DNA from: Mycoplasma sp. CAG:776
GTDB lineage: Bacteria > Bacillota_I > Bacilli_A > RF39 > UBA660
NCBI GenBank assembly: GCA_000438195.1
Contig: FR903078.1
Coordinates: forward strand, 73,845 to 137,844
Direction of reading: 5' to 3'
Length of the DNA: 64,000 bases
In this document: positions 62,401-64,000 of the stretch, piece after piece
Position numbering within the stretch: position 1 is the first letter of the stretch
Layout of the letters: each line of letters starts with the position of its first letter
Notes under the pieces: generated by a model
What the model saw: only the letters and a program-made list of their open reading frames with translations
What the model was told of the DNA's origin: nothing
Database searches by the model: none
Position numbers and translations under genes: made by a program

Positions 62401-64000
62401 ACTATTATTATAATTATAATTTTGCTCTATATCTTTTGATAAAGATATATTAGCTATATATAAATTATTAGCATTATAATTTGAAAAGAAAGTTAAAGCA
62501 ATGGTATCATAGTTATATAAGCTATCAGCAGCAAAAGGCGCAGAAAAATATTGCCATTCATCATTGTGAGCTGGAAGTCCTGATGGAACTAACCCATATC
62601 CTTCTTCTTCGGGTATATTGTTATAATAGAAACTTAATAAGACTGAGTTATTATATTCGGTTCCTGTTCCTCCTTTGGATAATCCTTCATTTTTATACCA
62701 AAATGATAAATTATATAAATCTCCTATTCGATCTTCTGATAAATCTCCTATACCGTTTACTTTTAACTTTGTAGATACTGCAATATCGTAATCAGGATTA
62801 GAAGATATTTTTAAAGCTTTTACACCATTATTTAATGTTACTACATCAATAGCTGTTGAGGCATCATTTCCATTTCTATCTGTTGCTGATACTTCCCAGT
62901 CTGTTAAATCATTATGGAAATCTCCATTATCAAGCATATTATAGTAATTAGCTATTCTTCCTTCTTCTAATTGAACATCATCTAAGTATGCTGTAGTGTC
63001 TTTATCTCCATAAATACTAATAGACATGTGCCCTGTTTCTCCATCTGTTGGATACTCTCCTGTTACGCTATATCTAGTAAATTCTTCATTTGGTGGTATT
63101 ATTATGCTATCTAAAACGTAAGTCTTGTTTACTCCCCTCTTTTCTAAATCCATTGTTAGAGGTTTATCATTTTTAAAATAACCACTAAAAGTATAAGTTT
63201 TACCACTTGGTGGAAAATTTAGTTGTTCAAAATAGCAATAGTTACTAAATTTCAAACTATAGTTTCCTGTCCTTTTTTCTTCCGTTGTTCTTGTACCCCA
63301 AAATGGTGTATTTTCTTCTTCAAAGCTACTATTTTTCAATAAATTTTTAGTATATTTTACTGCTAGAATTTCATTTTTTATTTTATTGTTTGCTTTATTT
63401 ATATCTTCAAAATAATTTCCATTACTTTCTTTATATACGGTATTATCTTCATAAACTGTTCCTTTACCATAAGCTTTATTTAAATCAGCTTCACTACTTA
63501 AATTAGTTATTCCTATAGTATTTCCTTGTTCATTAAAAAGATAAGTATTATATCTTTCTTTATTATCTTTTACTCTTGTTACTAAAAAACCATATTCAAA
63601 TTCTAAGGAAGTTCCTTCTTCACTATTTAATCCATATTCTGTTATTTTCTTTATTTTATATGGACTTACATCATAATATGTAAACCCTTTACTTAGGCCA
63701 TTTACATCTGTTATTTTTTCTAATAAATTATTACTATTATAAGTAAAACTTGTTGTACCATTTTTCGTTATCATATTCATTATCTTATTATTAGAATAAT
63801 TTATAGTAGTAGTTTTACTATCACTCGTAATTACCATATTATTATCATTATAAGTAATATTAATATTAGAGTTATTGGCATCTGTTACCTTATTAATTCT
63901 ATTATTTGTATCATAAGTAATTGATACTGTATCTTCATTAGTATTAATTAATTTAGTTAAATAATAAATATTATTATTTAATGTAAATATATATTTATTA
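59449..64000 (-). CDS. Rhs/YD-repeat polymorphic toxin (WapA-like), partial: N-terminus lies beyond the window end
   Basis: More than 1500 open codons. The frame stays open from 63837 to 64000 (…ITYDTNNRINKVTDANNSNINITYNDNN-MVITSDS). There are dozens of YD repeats (Y.YD..GN), CBM-like inserts, and the Rhs core end RYYNPEWGRFISAD...YAYTGNNPTSRIDVEGEF, followed by a 173-aa C-terminal domain. Confidence 0.9.
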   Translation of the reverse strand, partial: NKYIFTLNNNIYYLTKLINTNEDTVSITYDTNNRINKVTDANNSNINITYNDNNMVITSDSKTTTINYSNNKIMNMITKNGTTSFTYNSNNLLEKITDVNGLSKGFTYYDVSPYKIKKITEYGLNSEEGTSLEFEYGFLVTRVKDNKERYNTYLFNEQGNTIGITNLSSEADLNKAYGKGTVYEDNTVYKESNGNYFEDINKANNKIKNEILAVKYTKNLLKNSSFEEENTPFWGTRTTEEKRTGNYSLKFSNYCYFEQLNFPPSGKTYTFSGYFKNDKPLTMDLEKRGVNKTYVLDSIIIPPNEEFTRYSVTGEYPTDGETGHMSISIYGDKDTTAYLDDVQLEEGRIANYYNMLDNGDFHNDLTDWEVSATDRNGNDASTAIDVVTLNNGVKALKISSNPDYDIAVSTKLKVNGIGDLSEDRIGDLYNLSFWYKNEGLSKGGTGTEYNNSVLLSFYYNNIPEEEGYGLVPSGLPAHNDEWQYFSAPFAADSLYNYDTIALTFFSNYNANNLYIANISLSKDIEQNYNYNNSETGNLDKIRNADGTNTTFTYDENNQLISMFNPLGNNFKFEYDNNVTDRILKGISPSGISNEIEYDEFGNPIKTLINNVNPDQDIIDQKNYYIRLKGSKKYWDCDFLTNEINLKENTCSHDAFTLLKEGEYYRIKTGDKYLTYLNNNISLTKQTGEETLFNLHLNDNNSYLITPKLKYIKTDEEGGTSIDLENYNLANINDKITIKTTDTSKSDEEFYFEDNDTRLFIESKAEYTNDGRFTTKTIDSLGKETSYDVNEINGLTNSVTDANNITTYYTYNDKEQITKVKKEEKEVNYTYNDNNALTKITSNNKEYNFTYDNFLNTLTININNNNLVSNEYEEKNGNLIKTTFGNGDITNYTYDELDRLKSINNDDTIYTYHYDNLGNLAKITSNAENYDFYYDLSSRISKYVANDFMIEYDYNANNNIIKKDYTLNDKETVTFEYNKDDAITKVTFDNNNLNYSYDYLGRLISKDINGNNKVEYTYITNGNKTSTVLKSMKINNDLYEYDYDNLYNITNIYINKKLINHYEYDNFNELIKEDNYSLNKTIRYTYDNAGNILKKQEYELNTYNLLHTDTYEYNNTNWEDQLTKYNNETITYDELGNPLTIGNKTLTWGNAKEMRSYNDYDNNLNITYRYDNESLRLGKTVNNIITNYYYEARNIIFETTGNNKTYYIRDNNNKLIGFKYNDTIYYYIKNMQEDIIGITDSNYNLLCSYEYNSWGKLISIKDNNNTIITDTSHIGYINPFRYRSYYYDNETKLYYLNSRYYNPEWGRFISADIYIDTEQDVNSSNMYAYTGNNPTSRIDVEGEFWFQIAGALIGGAISALSTMLTSSASGTDYWKEVGASALGGAFSGLIATTPLGFTVGGTILSNYGSSFIESTISGNSLKEIAVDTAVNGTIGMATGKFADKIVPLNKGWIRPTKIKTSFTGNYTKKIAKNTIVSTTTSIATDIGKTVKKAASFVKKTYNSVKKKVKSFFKKLFS

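Noticed and set aside
1-64000. CRISPR arrays, IS elements/transposases, integrases, rRNA genes
   Set aside because: I saw no regularly spaced direct repeats, no terminal inverted repeats flanking a transposase-like ORF, no tyrosine/serine recombinase motifs, and no rRNA-like GC-rich blocks. The only repeat families noted are the tRNA-Arg 3' duplication and the S2/L20 tail module.
1-64000. Mollicute-type genetic code (TGA = Trp), suggested by the extreme AT-richness
   Set aside because: Long housekeeping ORFs (serS, alaS, xfp, sufS, tsf) are complete and full-length under the standard code, and they end where family alignments end. The Trp codons I inspected by hand were TGG. No gene needed TGA read-through.

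Overview
Very AT-rich (roughly 25-30% GC by eye) chromosomal segment that reads in the standard bacterial code. It looks like a spore-forming Bacillota, because a gerA-type A-C-B germinant receptor operon is present. Almost all genes are on the minus strand. The backbone is housekeeping: trmD-rimM, serS with a T-box leader, sufS-sufU, alaS, infC-rpmI-rplT, rpsU, frr, tsf, rpsB, rpoZ, xfp and 5 tRNAs. Accessory material is interleaved with it. (1) At 25.2-28.7 kb there is a class II bacteriocin locus: a C39-peptidase ABC exporter, a 136-aa mini accessory protein, and three double-glycine-leader peptide genes of 43-47 aa. These peptide genes fall below the ORF-track size cut-off and I found them by hand translation. 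A tandem-HTH regulator is transcribed divergently. (2) At 56.6-64.0 kb a large Rhs/YD-repeat polymorphic toxin runs off the window. Its 173-aa C-terminal domain is glycine-zipper-rich and follows the Rhs cleavage motif. Two coupled membrane-protein genes lie downstream, followed by a stand-alone holin plus M23/PG-binding hydrolase pair with no phage context. (3) Ribosomal proteins L20 and S2 carry the same Rho_N/SAP-like C-terminal module. (4) A tRNA-Arg 3' end is duplicated about 260 bp downstream, like an att scar. (5) There are several decayed or frameshifted genes: an ABC exporter pair collapsed by a deletion, a NUDIX pseudogene, a CapA-like gene, an MvaI/BcnI-like endonuclease and a zinc-ribbon membrane protein. 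Some of these frameshifts sit in poly-A runs and could be sequencing artefacts. I saw no CRISPR array, transposase, integrase or rRNA. All calls come from motif recognition and hand translation only; no database search was possible.
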